A stretch of DNA of 64,000 bases from Mytilus californianus (GCF_021869535.1 NW_026262679.1:30814001-30878000); one strand, 5' to 3'. Positions 38,641-53,449 are shown, numbered from the stretch's first letter. Program-made: numbers and translations. Notes: generated by a model not told the origin, from the letters alone.

Positions 38641-41402
38641 AATAAATAAATGACGTTCATCAATATCACCGATCCTAAACAACGTGAAGCTCTTGCTAAG
38701 GAGTTACACGATATCATGCGTAGCATTCAAGCTAGCAACTTACAACAACAATTGGATACACAAGGATTGAGTCGTGATCTTAACAATGTTTTTAAACAGG
38801 TTGTAGAAGCACAAGAGAAAACAGTTTCTAAGATTCCTAAGACGATTGAAGATCTCCCAAAGATCCTACCACTCCCTGCATTGCCTCCTCTACCTCCCAA
38901 GTTTGCAGATCCACCTACAAACATTATTAACGTTGGTCCTCTAGCAAAACTTTATTTACACCTTATGACTACTAACACTAGTAACTCGAATTTAGCTTGA
39001 ACGGACAAAAACGCATTAACGGCATTTAAAAAAGATTAATGATAATTAAATAAAGATTGACAAAAATTAAAAATTATTTTTAATGCATTTCAATCCATAT
39101 CAAATCATTTTAATACCAGTCAAATAGTTTCCCTTGCGGTCATTCAAGTTAATTTGAGATGTGGTTAAACTGCGTCAAACTAATTAGCCACGCCCCCGTT
39201 AAACGGAATCAAACTGATGTTAAGTCCTTTTAAATTTAAAGTGTCCGCCTTTTTGTAAGGTAAATCACTCAAGCGGTACAGCATCCTCGTGTATCTATCG
39301 TTTAACCGTTCCGAGCGTTATCGATTTTAGTATGAAAAGTAAAAATGTACCTCTTACAAATATTCACATTAAAATTAAATAATGACAAATACATGTGTAA
39401 ACTAAGTTTTTTATAGTTAATGATGCCAGATTTTCAAAATGCATCGAAAATTATAATTAGTTCTTTTTTTTATTTGTAAACACGCAGCAGCTCTTGAGAT
39501 AAAAAAAAAAGTGACTGTGATAAAAAAAAAATATTATTTTGCTTGAAATAAAACGAGAAAGCTGGTAGTTATTTAATAGCCAATAAAGGGACCAAAATGA
39601 GCATGTTTGATGAATGCCAATGGATGTTGTACGCAAACATTAATCTCTATGAAGGTATCGTCTGATCAAAAATGTAATTTCGTCGAGAATATGCAATAAT
39701 ATTTGCCACGGTACGTTAAGCAAATTTAATTGAACCAATTCCGTCCCGAACTTTTAAAAATTCACATTAAAACATATCTTTTTTTTTTGTCTAATTCGCC
39801 TGGAAAATTAAAATTTCGTTTAGCTTAAACAGTTTTAAATGCGCCCCGTACTCGTATACCGGATACCAAATATACATGAACACTGTTTGTCTTGAGTCTG
39901 ATAGTGCTCTGCTAGTCATTACTAAATTCATACGTGTAAAACTATACAATTTTACTCATCTGCCTTCAACACAAAGTCTTGGCTAACACCGAACAGCAAG
40001 CTATACGGTGCCCCAAAATGACCAGTGTAGAACCATTCAAACGGAAAAACTAACGGTCTATATATTCGACTTTTGAAATACATAATCAAACAACAACCAC
40101 TAAACAGCAGGTTAGGGCAGATGCAAACAAATGCAGCGGAGTTCAAAAGCCCAAATACACGAATAATTCTCGAGACTTAAGTGACATTGTTTTAATAAGA
40201 TCAGAACCTTATATGTGTTAATTTTAAAGCAAAAGATATAAGTTTGTAAGAAAATATTGACGTACCAATTCTAATAGCTAAGAAAATTTCCTTTTGCTAA
40301 ACGATGATAACATTTTAACATTTTGGAATACCTTATAATTCATAATCTATTTCTGAAACGACTTCTCGCCTTGAACATGTATGAAATGTTTGCCACTGGA
40401 CGTTAAACAACCATTAATCAATCATTCAAATTGTGCTTTAAAAATGAATTAAGCCGCAAGTGTATCCATCAATGAGTGCTGTTGTTTGTTTATCCATTTA
40501 ACATATACTGAATTCGTTTTTGTCCAGAATTATATTCCTTAGAAGAGTTCAAGTATGTAAATAAATTCATAGGGTATCATGTGCTCGTTGAAATTTTTCA
40601 GTGAAATCAGTATTGTGTGTCCAACGTTCTTTCATGCATATCAAATGTTTATCCACTTTTTGCTGTTTGTAGTCTGTTAGTCCTCGGTCTCCATACTTTA
40701 GCACACACTTATGTAATGACAAATCTCGAAAAGGGGAACATTTTTTTTTATTGAAAAAAAAAAATAAAACAATTTCTATATTCTATTATTCAATTAACCG
40801 ATGTACACCTAAGATTTTCAACTATAGATGTTGAATTAAAAAAAAACAATAATAAGTCCCAATGTATTTTTATGGCAAACATATCTAAAGGGTTATTTTC
40901 TCATGCAAAATAATTATTTTTTCATTTTTTCAAGATAATAGTGTTATCAGATATGTTCTTTGACACGTGTCTTACGGGTCACCGATTTTCGGCAAAATCA
41001 AAGAAAATCAGCAAGTGCCTAAACATTAGTTTTAAGAATGTTGATGCTGTATTAATATATGGAACATGTCTTCATACCAAAATATAGTACTCACATTTAA
41101 TTTTCTTGTAAATGAAATTGGGAATGAATATGGGGATTATTGACGTCATACTCAACTCCGAAATATATAAAACAAACTAAAATTAAAAGTATACAAGACT
41201 AACAAAGGCCAGAGGCTCCTGAATTGTGACAGGCGCAAAAATGCGGCGAGGTTAAACATATTCATATTTTTTTTTCGAATTGTCTTTTTTTGTGAAATTA
41301 TTCAGCAAAAAATTAATCTATTTATTTTTAATACAATGAAACAAGATTTTTTTTAACGAAATGAAGTATTTTTTCGTCCCTTATATTCAAAGGAAATAAA
41401 CA

Positions 41403-41440
<38 letters not shown>

Positions 41441-41887
41441 CGCCCATCCTTCTCTTCACAACCCGCCTCCCCCTTTAAATCCAGAAAAGAATGAATTGAC
41501 ATTTTATTAAAAATAAATGTAAAATCATAGATAAACTGCTATTATATTCTTATTAAGATCTACATTTTAACAGATTCGGGGACTAATATTTCTCTAAAAG
41601 CCCATGCATACACTAATATTTGTGTGTTTTTTGTTTCAAGTTGTTTCAATTATCATTTACATGTATGAGGCTATAAATGGGACCACCATTTATAAGTATA
41701 TGAATGGGGTTTACAGATTTGAGAATTATGAGGAAACTAAGTTAATAAGAAGCGAGGCAAAAAAAAACTAGATAACAGAATATAGAGGTGGTGTAACCCG
41801 AATAATTCAGTCGTTATATTCCGCTGATCTACGATTACTACATAAATTCAAAATTTTATGAATGTTGACATTGATAGAAATAGTTTT

Positions 41888-42553
41888 TATACGCCCGTCA
41901 ATTTTTGACGGGACGTATTGTGGTATACAAATGTCCGGTGTCCGTCCGTCCGTCCGTCTGTCTGTCCGGCGTAAACATGTCGCACCGTAACATCAGAACG
42001 ACTTATCCAAATTTTATGAAACTTAACATAGTTGTTTCTTATGATAGTCAAACGATCTGTATACTTTTGGTGAAAATAAGATTAAAATTTTTTGAGTTAC
42101 GGGACTTAGTAACTAAACCAGGTGTGTGTTTTTTTTTCACATGTCGCGCCGTATCTCAAAAACAATTTATGATTATTGCTTGAAACTTTACACACTTCTT
42201 AGTTATGTTAATCTTAAGATCTGTATACTTTTTGGTGATGATTCAAAATTTTATTTTAGAGATATTGAGTATTTTGTTAAAAAAGGGGGAGGGGTTTTTC
42301 CACATGTCGCGCTGTATCTCAAAAACGATTTATGATTATTGCTTAAAATTTTACACACTTCTTAGTTATATTAATCTTAAGATCTGTATACTTTTTGGTT
42401 TTGATTCAAAAGTTTATTTTTGAGATATTGTGTTTTTTGTAAAAAAGGGGGTTTTCGCATGTCAGGCCGTATGTCAGAAACTATTTACGATTATTGAATA
42501 ACAATTCACACACAAGACGACGGGCGTATCATGCGCTTATGGCGCAGCTGTTT
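41888..42553 (+). mobile_element. HINE/DINE-1-like element, copy 2
   Basis: Same structure as, and closely similar to, 33509-34163. Confidence 0.75.
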
Positions 42554-43230
42554 ATTTGAAAATATTTTATCGAACTTTGATATCGTAATCTGTAAAGTTC
42601 AACGAGACTTTTTGTACCTTTTTTCATGGACTGTCTCGGATATAACGATAACGCAAATCACGTGTATATAACATGGTATAGGCCCAGGAAGATATCATTT
42701 CATTATCACTTCCTAATATCCAATCCACAGACACGAGTCACACGACATCCCCGTATCTTCTAATTTTACTAGTATACGAATTACCAACAAATTTGGCAAT
42801 TACCAGTTGTTGACGCTAGTAAGAAAATGAATAGTTAAGTTCGAATTATTATTATTTCAAATGTCAAAAACACTTTAAGTATTATAACAGATCATCTAAA
42901 AATCAAACTAAGTAAGAAGTATCACAGCTCAGTTCAGGCCAATGTCACTCATTAGGACTTATAACTAATTGAAATACTGACACATTGCTTATAGTTTGCC
43001 TAACGCTAATTTGAATCGTAAGATATTACTGATTTAAAAACTTGTAGTATCAAAATTGAATTGCATAAATTAAAAAGAAATACATTGTGTATCTAAAGTA
43101 TTTTCATCAGCTTTCCGGATGATCCTAATAATATTTACCTTTCAAATGATTTTTCTACAGAAGGTTATATATCATCTCTCTGGTCACTAAATGCAGTGCC
43201 CTAAAGCTAAAAGTCACCGTCAGATGTATA

Positions 43231-44508
43231 GACGTTGCGCACGATGTTGGTACTACTTAGCGTTTCACGACGTTCCTCAAAATAAGGCGATTTCGACGAT
43301 TTCAAAGAAAGTTTCAGGCGTTCAAGCATATTATTGATGATGTCAATTTACTGTTGTGAATTTGGTAACCGATTTTCGGTTTGTCTGAAAAAATGCATAA
43401 ATTTACAAATAAAACTCAAAGTGGTCGTATAGATATTTTTTAATGAAATTCATTTACAGGAGTTGTCAGTCTTTCCAGGCCATAATTGATAATTTTCCTT
43501 TCGGCAGCAGTTCGCATTAATGAATCCGATACAATAATGTCCAAATTTACACAGATTTATTTTTAATATAAATTAGATTTTGAATTCATATTCTCCTATT
43601 TTTTGCATATTTATTGTTGCATTTCTTCCCGTTTCCGTTTCCTTTCTATATTTTATCATTTCCCGATGCTTTCTTTGTCGCAAAATATTTAGGAAGTTAA
43701 ACATTCGGGACTCATGTTTTAAATTTTCTCATTTCCGTATTTTTGTGGCATATTCTTTGTTTGTTATAATTGCCAGCAATGGGTTTTCTCTATTTTATTT
43801 TATTAACAAAAAAATATACATGTTACTTTTGACGATTTAAAACTTGCAGATAGACAATGTTCCTTATATAAAACAAATATGCTATAAAAAAAACCCTAAG
43901 ATCCCAATATTTTTTTTATATTGATCTCATTTGGTCAACATTTGAATTTAAACTTAAACTATTCCTTTCTCATACATTGGTTGTATTGTAATTTATACAT
44001 GTATTTTTATTTTCATTCGAATTAAACTGGAAACAAATAATTACGACATAAAATTAAAAACCAGAGCATGACATCAATTACGTTTTGCGAACGTTGGGAC
44101 AAAACGGCTATACTTTTTGAAACGATCTAAAAACCTTGTTGCCTAACGAAAAAATATTAAACACTATATTGATTTTGCTTTAACACGCGAATAATTATAA
44201 CAATAGCAATATTATTGTGAAGTTTTACGATGATCAGAGAAAAAATACCGTAGGAGAGAAACGGAACTCTGATCTTTTGCACATAAAATGAAACGTTGGA
44301 CATTACGTTTTTGCGTAAAAATGAGATAATTAAGTGTTATAATTCCTGGTATTTTAAATTTCGATTCCTTTTTTTCTTTAATTTCAAGTCTAATGGAATG
44401 AATTCAATCAGAAATTACTATATTTTTATCGAACTGACCAGTCTACGTATTTATTTTTATGCTAATCTATAGCAAAATGGAATTGGTACATACATCGTGC
44501 GCAACGTC
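43231..44508. mobile_element. Candidate MITE with 17-bp TIR and 3-bp TSD ATA
   Basis: GACGTTGCGCACGATGT at 43231 and its reverse complement at 44492-44508, flanked by ATA on both sides. Confidence 0.4.
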
Positions 44509-47500
44509 ATAGTAAAAAGGCAAAACACGCTTAGTTGTTAATTTCTGTGTTATTTGGTCTCTTGGCGAGAGATTATACCACATCTCCTTATTTTTTTACA
44601 TTTGTTTGTGTTCAATGTGCAAACAATGCGAAAACATATTATATAGTATCTTTAAAATGAAACGGTGTGTAGAAATACCGCAAAGGACTTCTTAGTGCAC
44701 TAAGGACACAAAAACGATGTTTAAAGATCACAAAGAACATGGATATATTAAGTATATAACTCATAAATATAAAGTTTGGTATCAATAGATATTGTAATTT
44801 TGAAGTAAAATGACTTTTTAATCAGCGCGTGCCACTCGGTACGTGACCAACGGCTTATTGCAAATTCCCAATCATTAAGTTCAATCAACCATATCCAAAT
44901 AACAATCGTCTTTTGATCGTTACTAATTGATTAATTAATGATATTTGTTGAATAAACCTAACGGTTTAGGATGTTATAATTTGAAGATGATGAAAGAAAA
45001 ATTAAAAACTGAATTTTATGTTTACTTTGCCTTTGTTTTATTTTGTTTTGAAGGACATTGCTTTAGTAAACTTTTTTTTTTAAAGAAACCTGTTTTGAGA
45101 TAGAAATTGAGAAAAAAAATGCTTCTGAGATTTCATTTCCACATTTACAACTCTATAGTTTACATCATGACTATCATTATACCTTGAAAGACATTTGAGA
45201 GTAAAACATATTCTTCAAAACCCGATTATAGAAGTGATATAGAAAGACTTCAAGAGATCAATATTATTTTCAAAAAGAGAATAATCATATTAAATTGTTT
45301 TCTATGAAAGTTACCTTTATTACGGATGTCATTGTGTTTTTATTGTCATTCTCCGCCATATGTGTATTTTTTATAATTATAAAATTTAATTATGTTATTA
45401 ATATAACACTGATGCATTTAAAAAAATAATGTAAACCATATATTCTTGCTCCTAAATAAAACTCTTATAATCTTATCCTTAGTAAATCTTGTATGTGTAC
45501 CCATTAAAAGTATTTCGGTTGAACAAAATTACCGTTCTATAACTAAAATTTGGCCCAGTGATTTCAGAGGAGAAGATTTTTTGTAAAAGCTAACGACGAC
45601 GGACGCAAGATGAGCTAAAAATAAGAGTAGAAAATACGATATTATATAGAAGTAAAAAATATAACAGACAGAAATACAAAAAGCACCATATAACTGCATT
45701 TATCATGTTTATAAGATATTTCAGGTCTGCAAAAACATCACTATCTATCAAGCATATAAAAAAACAATTTCTTCTACTTAGAATATTACAGCAGGTCTTG
45801 TCAACCACACCAAAAAACAGTACTTTTAAAAAGATGTATAAACTTATCATCATCAGATAAAATATTAAAATCACCATTACTTCTTTTAACTTCATAAAAT
45901 AAACTTTCACGTAAATCTGCATATAAAGGACAGTCTAATATAATATGTTTCTCATCTTCAATTTTACATGTTTAATCAGTATAAAAAGTGGATTCTAAAC
46001 GGTCAAGGTTTTTCGAATTTCGGGATGTCGGGATTTAACTTTTTTTAAATTCGGGACTTCGGGATTTCATGTTTTTAAGCCCGGGATTTCGGGATCAGGA
46101 CCCCTCCGACCCCCCCCCCCCCCCCTCACAAAAGATATGATCATAAAATTTAAAATAATGTATTTTTACAAAGTCTATTTCTATATGCCATGTCCTTTGT
46201 GAAAGTTGTATCATTCCATCAGGTCCTTAGTGCACATTTTTCTTCTTAGTGTACGAAGGAGGTCCTTTGCGGTATTTCTACGAATGTGCTGCCTTGGAGC
46301 CTTTAAATTAGGAGACTGAATTAACGAGAGCTTCTAAACACCACCTAGGCCGCCTTTGTGCACTAAGCTCCTTTAACTGGACCAAGCCCATGATGGGATA
46401 GTGTTATGAATAAAAAATAAACGTACCGTCAAATGTAGTTTTTCCACAAGATATTTTATTATCTGATGTTGTTTGTCAAACAAATCAATCAACAAAGAAG
46501 CATGGATATTGAGCACTTGTATAACACTTGTACATAAGTTTAATAATGACAACTATCCATTTTGTTATAAAAAACATATGCATATTTTTTTTAATTTGAG
46601 GTTTCATATGACTTTAAGATCAATACCTCTTTATCTCTTCTAATTACGAAAACACAAGAATTATTTTTTTTTAGTTTGAAGTTATTTCTTAAAGGTTTAT
46701 TGGATCAATTAACAAGGTGATTAGACATTACACAAAGAAGAGCGCGTGCCACATTAAAATAATAACATAATTTTTTAAATTTTAAACTAAGGAATCGTTT
46801 TGAAACTAATTTTTATTAAGTTTTTGAAAAAAGTCATATTAATGGAAATTAGTTAAAAAGTCAAAGTTCAAAGTCATAAAGAAGTGTTCCGTGTAGAAAT
46901 GTTTTCGAAAGTCTAGTTTGTTCATAATTTCTCTATGTAAAACGGTTTTGTAAACTTCTTTAAATAAATTCGGATCTTCCCTCATCTGATCACCAGCATG
47001 GCTGAAGAAATTGTTCCCAGATGTATTGTGAGGTGACACGTCCAGGTATTCAAGCGATTTCCTGTCGGACTTTAAAACTCTTATTACACAATTACATAAA
47101 GCAAGTTGGTGCATCACTTGACCTCTGAGGGTATTGATCAGTGTACACGGCCGATAACTTGTAACTTTCCATTTTGAAAATATCAGGTGTAATATACATC
47201 TTTGTCTTGCGTGTCCGATAGTGATATACTATAGTCATTACTTATACGCTTGTTTATAAATAACGTTTCTGGTGTTAAGATTGATATTTATGAAAATCTT
47301 AATAATTCCCCCAAAAAGATCTGATAAAATAAAAATCTATTTACATATTTTCCAAGGGTATATACTCGTTGTCAATAGATATGGACATTTGAAACATACA
47401 CATTATATATGATTTCACAAAATGTACGCACTTGTCGATCATTTGTTTATACGGCTTGAAAGAATGTTATGGAACTATAATAATAATAGATAGTCTCAAT

Positions 47501-48426
47501 TAAGAATATATACATGTATATACATATTGAATATATGAGAGAAACATTCAAAACCAATCTGATTTTAAAACAGGTCGAAGTATTACTCGCTTTAATTTGG
47601 TTCGTCGAAGTTATGGACAAAGTAAAATTACAGATATATCTTTCGGTTAGATTATTTCGAACAGTTTAAGAAATTCGTCATCATCACAATTGTTGGGTAT
47701 AATCAGAGACATATGTCTAATGTATAATAATGTGAACATGGTTCTAATAGTACCTTAAATTATGTCAATTTTCCTGTTCCGACATGCATGTTATATATAT
47801 GCCACTGGACGTACATTAATGATCCCCAAAAAGAATTTCTGAATAATATGATTTATGATAGTTTGTATGAGTGTAACCATTGTAGCCAATGTAACCATTA
47901 TGTCAATGGGGGTTACAAAACAAGGTAACTCAATTTAGTGCAAATGTTGTGCCTTATATACCTTTTCTGCTCTCTGGTCGGATTGTTGTCGGACACATTT
48001 TCTATTTCCATTCTCCATTTTATTCAATTGGTTGCATGCATTTTTGTTTTGTCTCTCTCTGATGTTTTCGCAGAATTAATCTAAATATTTTAAAGAAGAC
48101 ATTTAACTCTTTCTTCTAAAACTTTTAGCATTAAAACCTAATTGCATGAAATTGAATTAGTATGTTATTATCAGTTTTATCACTTTTTCGGATGAACTTT
48201 ATAATATTGACCCAGGAAATGATTTTTGACAGAATTTTATATATTGTAGAATTCGTTCTTTTTATCGACACATTAGTTGATTATTTGCTTCCGTAAAATG
48301 ATATTTTTCGCGACGTCAAACTGTGAAATATCGGGAAAAAATGCATCTTTTCGAGATTTAACCATTAGCTTAAAAACGAGAACATGGACCCCCTCTTTTT
48401 AAAAATGGCATGATACTGTATGAAGA

Positions 48427-49249
48427 CAGAGACATATAATACAATTTGGCGTTTTACGTTTCCGCATTGTGGCACTACGTTTCCGCATTTTTATAGTACT
48501 CTTTTCCGCATTGTTTTTGCATTGATTTTATTAAAGGTTATTTACGTTTCCGCATTTAAATCTTTAATGTATCCCCCCCCCCTTTTTTTACTCACCAGTT
48601 GGGTGGAAGTAGGACTTCGAGCAGGATAAGTCTTTATGACTAAAATGAAACTACAAATGTATCAACTTAAAATGATAAAAATCACACATGGTCATATATC
48701 AATTAAAAGTCAATGTTCAGCACTAAAAGTTTATATATATTTTAAGCGTCAGTATACTATTATACAGTACATGTAGCACAGTTTAAAGCGGTAAACTTGT
48801 AGCCAACTGACTTTATAAAATCAACCTCGTATTCTATTCTCTACCATACTTGACAAACTGTTCGGATACGAATTCAGCACGTTCGCGATCATTTTTACGA
48901 ACTGATGCTATTGCTGATAAAGACCGAATTTTGATGTAAGTTGTTGTTTGGATCTTCTGCAAAACGTCCATAAAAATAAATATAATTGTGTGACATGGGA
49001 GAAACGATTCCGGCCCAGTTGTGGTTCTTTTGGTATCTGTGTTGGGAGGAGATGACCATATTTGATAATAAAGTCTTATACCGATATATCATTATTACCA
49101 TTTTTTACAGGTGAAATACAGGTAAAAATGCTGAAAAGTGGTATCTATTTATTTCGGAAAAGTAATGCACGAAAATGTGGAAACGTGAACTGGGTTTTTG
49201 CTAAAAATGCGGAAACTTTATACACCCATACAATTACTATATGTCTCTG
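48427..49249. mobile_element. 823-bp non-autonomous DNA transposon (P-like), 12-bp TIR CAGAGACATATA, 7-bp TSD ATGAAGA
   Basis: Perfect TIRs; TSD at 48420-26 and 49250-56; subterminal TTTCCGCATT repeats at both ends. Confidence 0.8.
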
Positions 49250-52200
49250 ATGAAGATTATTCGTTCCAACTTTTATGAAGAAATAACCGACTTTTTTCAA
49301 CTAGATAAATAAACAACAAAAATGCCGTTTTTTTTCTTCTAAAATCAATTTATTTCTTTAACAAAAAGGATTTTTGATAAGGATTGTTACACAAATGTAG
49401 AGCCCAATTTTGTAACGAAGATATTCCTTATCTCTTTACCGAAATACGCATACGTTTATCTTTTGAAACAAAATTTAAGGAGACAGAAATGTTCAAGAAA
49501 CCGAAATTTTTAGTAAATGTCGAAAACTTCAAACCCGTTTATCTTTAAAATTCAACACATGAAGATATAGATATAGTTTTTATTACATATTCAAGTTGAT
49601 TTTGTAAAAATTAGCTTGTATGTGAACTTTCATAAAAAAAACAGTGTTGTTGGTCGTTTGCCCATAATTGCCCTAAAGCTAAATGTCATCGTCAGATTGT
49701 GAGGGTCTGAATCGGGATTCATTATTTCTGTATTCTATAATTTTAGGCAATTTTTTCTATTCGTTATACCTTTTGCCGATCATTCTTTATTCCATGTATT
49801 CTAGAACCTCATCATTTTCTTTTCTATGTATTTGTCTGGTTATTTTCTGTTTTCTTTATTCTTTTGTCAATAATTTTCATCCACAACGTCATGTATAATG
49901 GAAGACGATAAACATTTTAGTATACATACCACCCGTTGTCAATTCTCCCCTGATATACAAACCACATGTAGTTATTTCTCACTTAGACACAGAACTTATA
50001 TATATATATATATATATATACAACTCGTCTAAACATCAACCCAACAATGTTAGATCTGTAAATTTGCTTTCGCAATTTTTTTGTTCTTCCCTCGCCGGGA
50101 TTCGAACCCATGCTACTGAGATATCGTGATATATATTTTACGTAATAGTAACGAATGGAATTTTATCGCACTGGCTTGTTAAATGTATTTTGATCTGACA
50201 ACAAGAATACATTTGTTTATCATAATTTTTTACTTTATCTAAAATTAAGAATGGAAATGGGGAATATGTAAAAGAGACAACAACATGAAAACAGAAGGCC
50301 ACCAATTATATTTGATCATGTTTTAGTTTCGAAAAAGGCATCAACCATCGTATTTTCAAAAAATCTTTACAAGGATGATCAAAGTTTTAACGACCTTGAA
50401 TGGCTATACAGACTGAGCCCTCGCACGGTCGGTCTCTAAAATTTGCCGAATTTAAGAAACTTTATCAAGAGATAGGCTTTGCCTAGCTTTAGGCCCCGGG
50501 TTTAAAACAATATCCATTTAGGAACCAAATTGTGGCTTCTTTATATTTAATTTTGTCGAAGAGAACAATTACACAAAGTGCAACATGCGAGAAGAGGTTT
50601 CATTTTCGCTTACATTATTTTTTATTGAAGTGACTAATCTTTTGAGGTTACGTCACGGAAATATATTTCAAATGAAAAGGTGCAATTGGATGCATCCCTA
50701 AAAAAAAATAAAAATATAGAGATAAAATTACGGCTATTCGTCAATCAGACAGCAATCCTACATAAAAACAAGTAGGTTATCTGACAAATAGAATAAAAGG
50801 TTAACTTTAAGCATAACCCGCGCTGATATCAACTTTCTAAGTTCTGAGTAAAATTCAACATACATGTAGGACTCTGAAACGTAAAATATACGAAAGTTTT
50901 TTTTTTTTACGTACGATACACGGAGAGTGCCATTTCCTAAATACATACGGGTCCACAAACTATTATAATGTAAGGGTACATGAGGATCTCATTAGAGGAA
51001 CAAAGTAAAGATGCATGCTGAAGGAAGAATAATTTCCACACAGAGAACATCAAAAAGGACGATCTCTCAATTAGTATGCAACTGTAACTAATACACCCAT
51101 AGACATTAACACTAGTTAATGCTTTATATACTGACATTGAAACAAATATACTGCTCATATAAAATTTGTCATTACTTTCCCGGGAAAAAGAATACGTTTC
51201 CACAATTAAAGTCTACGCTTCCGGAAATAAATACCTTACTTTTCCGAGAAAATAGTACAATTCCGGTATGTTCAGGCAAAAGTAGTAATATCTTTTAAAG
51301 TCAAATCCTAAGGAAAGGATGCACACAAGAGCTAACTGTACACATTCTGGTATGTTGTGTGGTTGAGTTGCTGTCTCTTTTACGTCTTTATCACATCTTC
51401 TCTTCGTATATGTACGCGACTTTGATATCGTCATGCATGGACACAATACTTCACTACATTTCCATTTTCGTATTTTGACATGATTAATATACAAATAAGA
51501 AGATGTGGTATAATTGACAAATTCGAGTAATTATACTACATAACATAGGTGATGTCATGATCACAAAACTTCCAATAATTTTGACATTGATCATTAGTTA
51601 TATTTTACTATTTTGTAAATTTGAGTTATTGACAAACAATCGCAGGTCTTTATTTGTAGCACGTTCCTTCGTTCACGTTTCCGCAAAAAGAAAAAGAGTT
51701 TTCTTCTCGGACTTTAACAGCCCTTTCCCGCAATTATTTTCAAGATAATTTCATATAACACATTATGAAATCCCGACCAATGAAATTTATTTGAATATTA
51801 AACGTGGCCTACGAGAGCACCTAGATTAAACTTGGGAAGTTAGAATAGCCAATTATTTTTTTTTATCTAGTAATTACCGCTAAAATATGCATTACCGCTA
51901 AAATATGCCTTACACAATTATATGACAGAAACATTTTATCCGACGTGCTTTACAATGTTTAAGTTACCTTTTGGTCTTAAAAACGTTTTTGAAAGCCGCA
52001 AATATAAAAATAAGGGTTTTTTTTAAATATTCCTTTTGGGCCAGGGCCGACCGTGCGAGGGCTTAATAGCCAGTCCAGTTCGTCAAACGTCATTTCTTGC
52101 AAGAATTATTTTACATGCGGACATAACGATAATCCCTTCGTAAACCCACTTCAAATTTCATTTGTCGTTTGTTGCTTTTACACAAATAACACACATTTTT

Positions 52201-53449
52201 AACCAGTGACCGGTATTACAATTTTACACAGATTTAAAAGTTCATTGAGCTGTTACTTTAATTACAAGTTTTAGCAAGACGAAACTGTTTACTAAATGAA
52301 TTCAACAAATGTCAAGCTCATCTAGATCAATTTTATTATTTAACAAAAAAATGTTTTTAATTACAAGCTATTTTAAATGTCGGTATAAATGTTAATGTTT
52401 TTTTCTTGCCAAAAATATAATATGCATCTATTAAAACTTATTGTCTATTGATTAAAAAAACATCTTTCCCTTCTAGGTTTGTAATGAGCACAATTACGAC
52501 CTTCTTATTATCTTTCCGGTTTTTATTTTTTCGCAGATATATTTAAAAGACCATACCTTACTTACATGCCACGAGTTTTCATATTAGTAAGCAATATTGA
52601 AAACGAATAATTTGATATAAAGAGCTATTTATTCTAACAGATTAACACTTTGTACTTTTTAAATCGTGCATCAATATTTAAAAATTTATTATATATCTAT
52701 TGTTCATTCGTTTATCTTAATTGTGAAGCATGTTTATTTTTTTTATTAAAAAGTCTCACCGCTTGTATAACATTATACATTCCAATATACATATAAAACA
52801 TTACGTATAACATAAATATTGGAAAACATATATAAAACTAACCACCAGTAAAATATCTTAAATCGATAACGCTCGGAGCGGATTAATGATAGATACACGA
52901 GGATGCTGTTCTGCTTGAGTGATTTACCTTACAAAAAGGCGGACACTTTAAAGTTTAAAAGGACTTAACATCAGTTTGATTCCGTTTAACGGGGGCGTGG
53001 CTAATTAGTTTGACGCAGTTTAACCACATCTCAAATTAACTTGAATGACCGCAAGGGAAACTATTTGACTGGTATTAAAATGATTTGATATGGATTGAAA
53101 TGCATTAAAAATAATTTTTAATTTTTGTCAATCTTTATTCAATTTTCATTAATCATTTTTAAATGCAGTTAATGCGTTTTTGTCCGTTCAAGTTAAATTC
53201 GAGTTACTAGTGTAATAAGGCTGACAAAATCTTCGGTTTACGTTCTGAACACAGAAAATTCTTCATCGGAAATTCAGAGGTCATGATCGATGGAAATGAT
53301 CTCTTTGTGGATAGAGTAAGGTACAAAGGAACCCCTGGTTTAAGCGAACTCATGGTGATGACACAATCCATGGATTATGAGCCTGATGATGTTGAACGCT
53401 ATAGTGAGATCTAAATACACACCGGTGCCATTTACCACGGCTTATTTAG

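Larger units (their letters stand above)
38976..53212. mobile_element. 14,237-bp CACTA-ended TIR element, TSD TAA, no transposase recognised
   Basis: CACTAGTAACTCG...CGAGTTACTAGTG; TIRs 38976-39327 and 52860-53212; TAA at 38973-75 and 53213-15; excision restores the ORF. Confidence 0.9.

Noticed and set aside
44668-46282. About 40-bp inverted match (GTAGAAATACCGCAAAGGAC)
   Set aside because: Element ends and TSD could not be defined.
50399-52077. TIR pair GCCCTCGCACGGTCGG
   Set aside because: Similarity breaks down at the outer ends and no TSD was found; probably two independent fragments.
38979-53209. Reading the large element as TAG-ended (Academ-like)
   Set aside because: That boundary leaves no TSD and does not restore the interrupted ORF; CACTA ends with TAA do.
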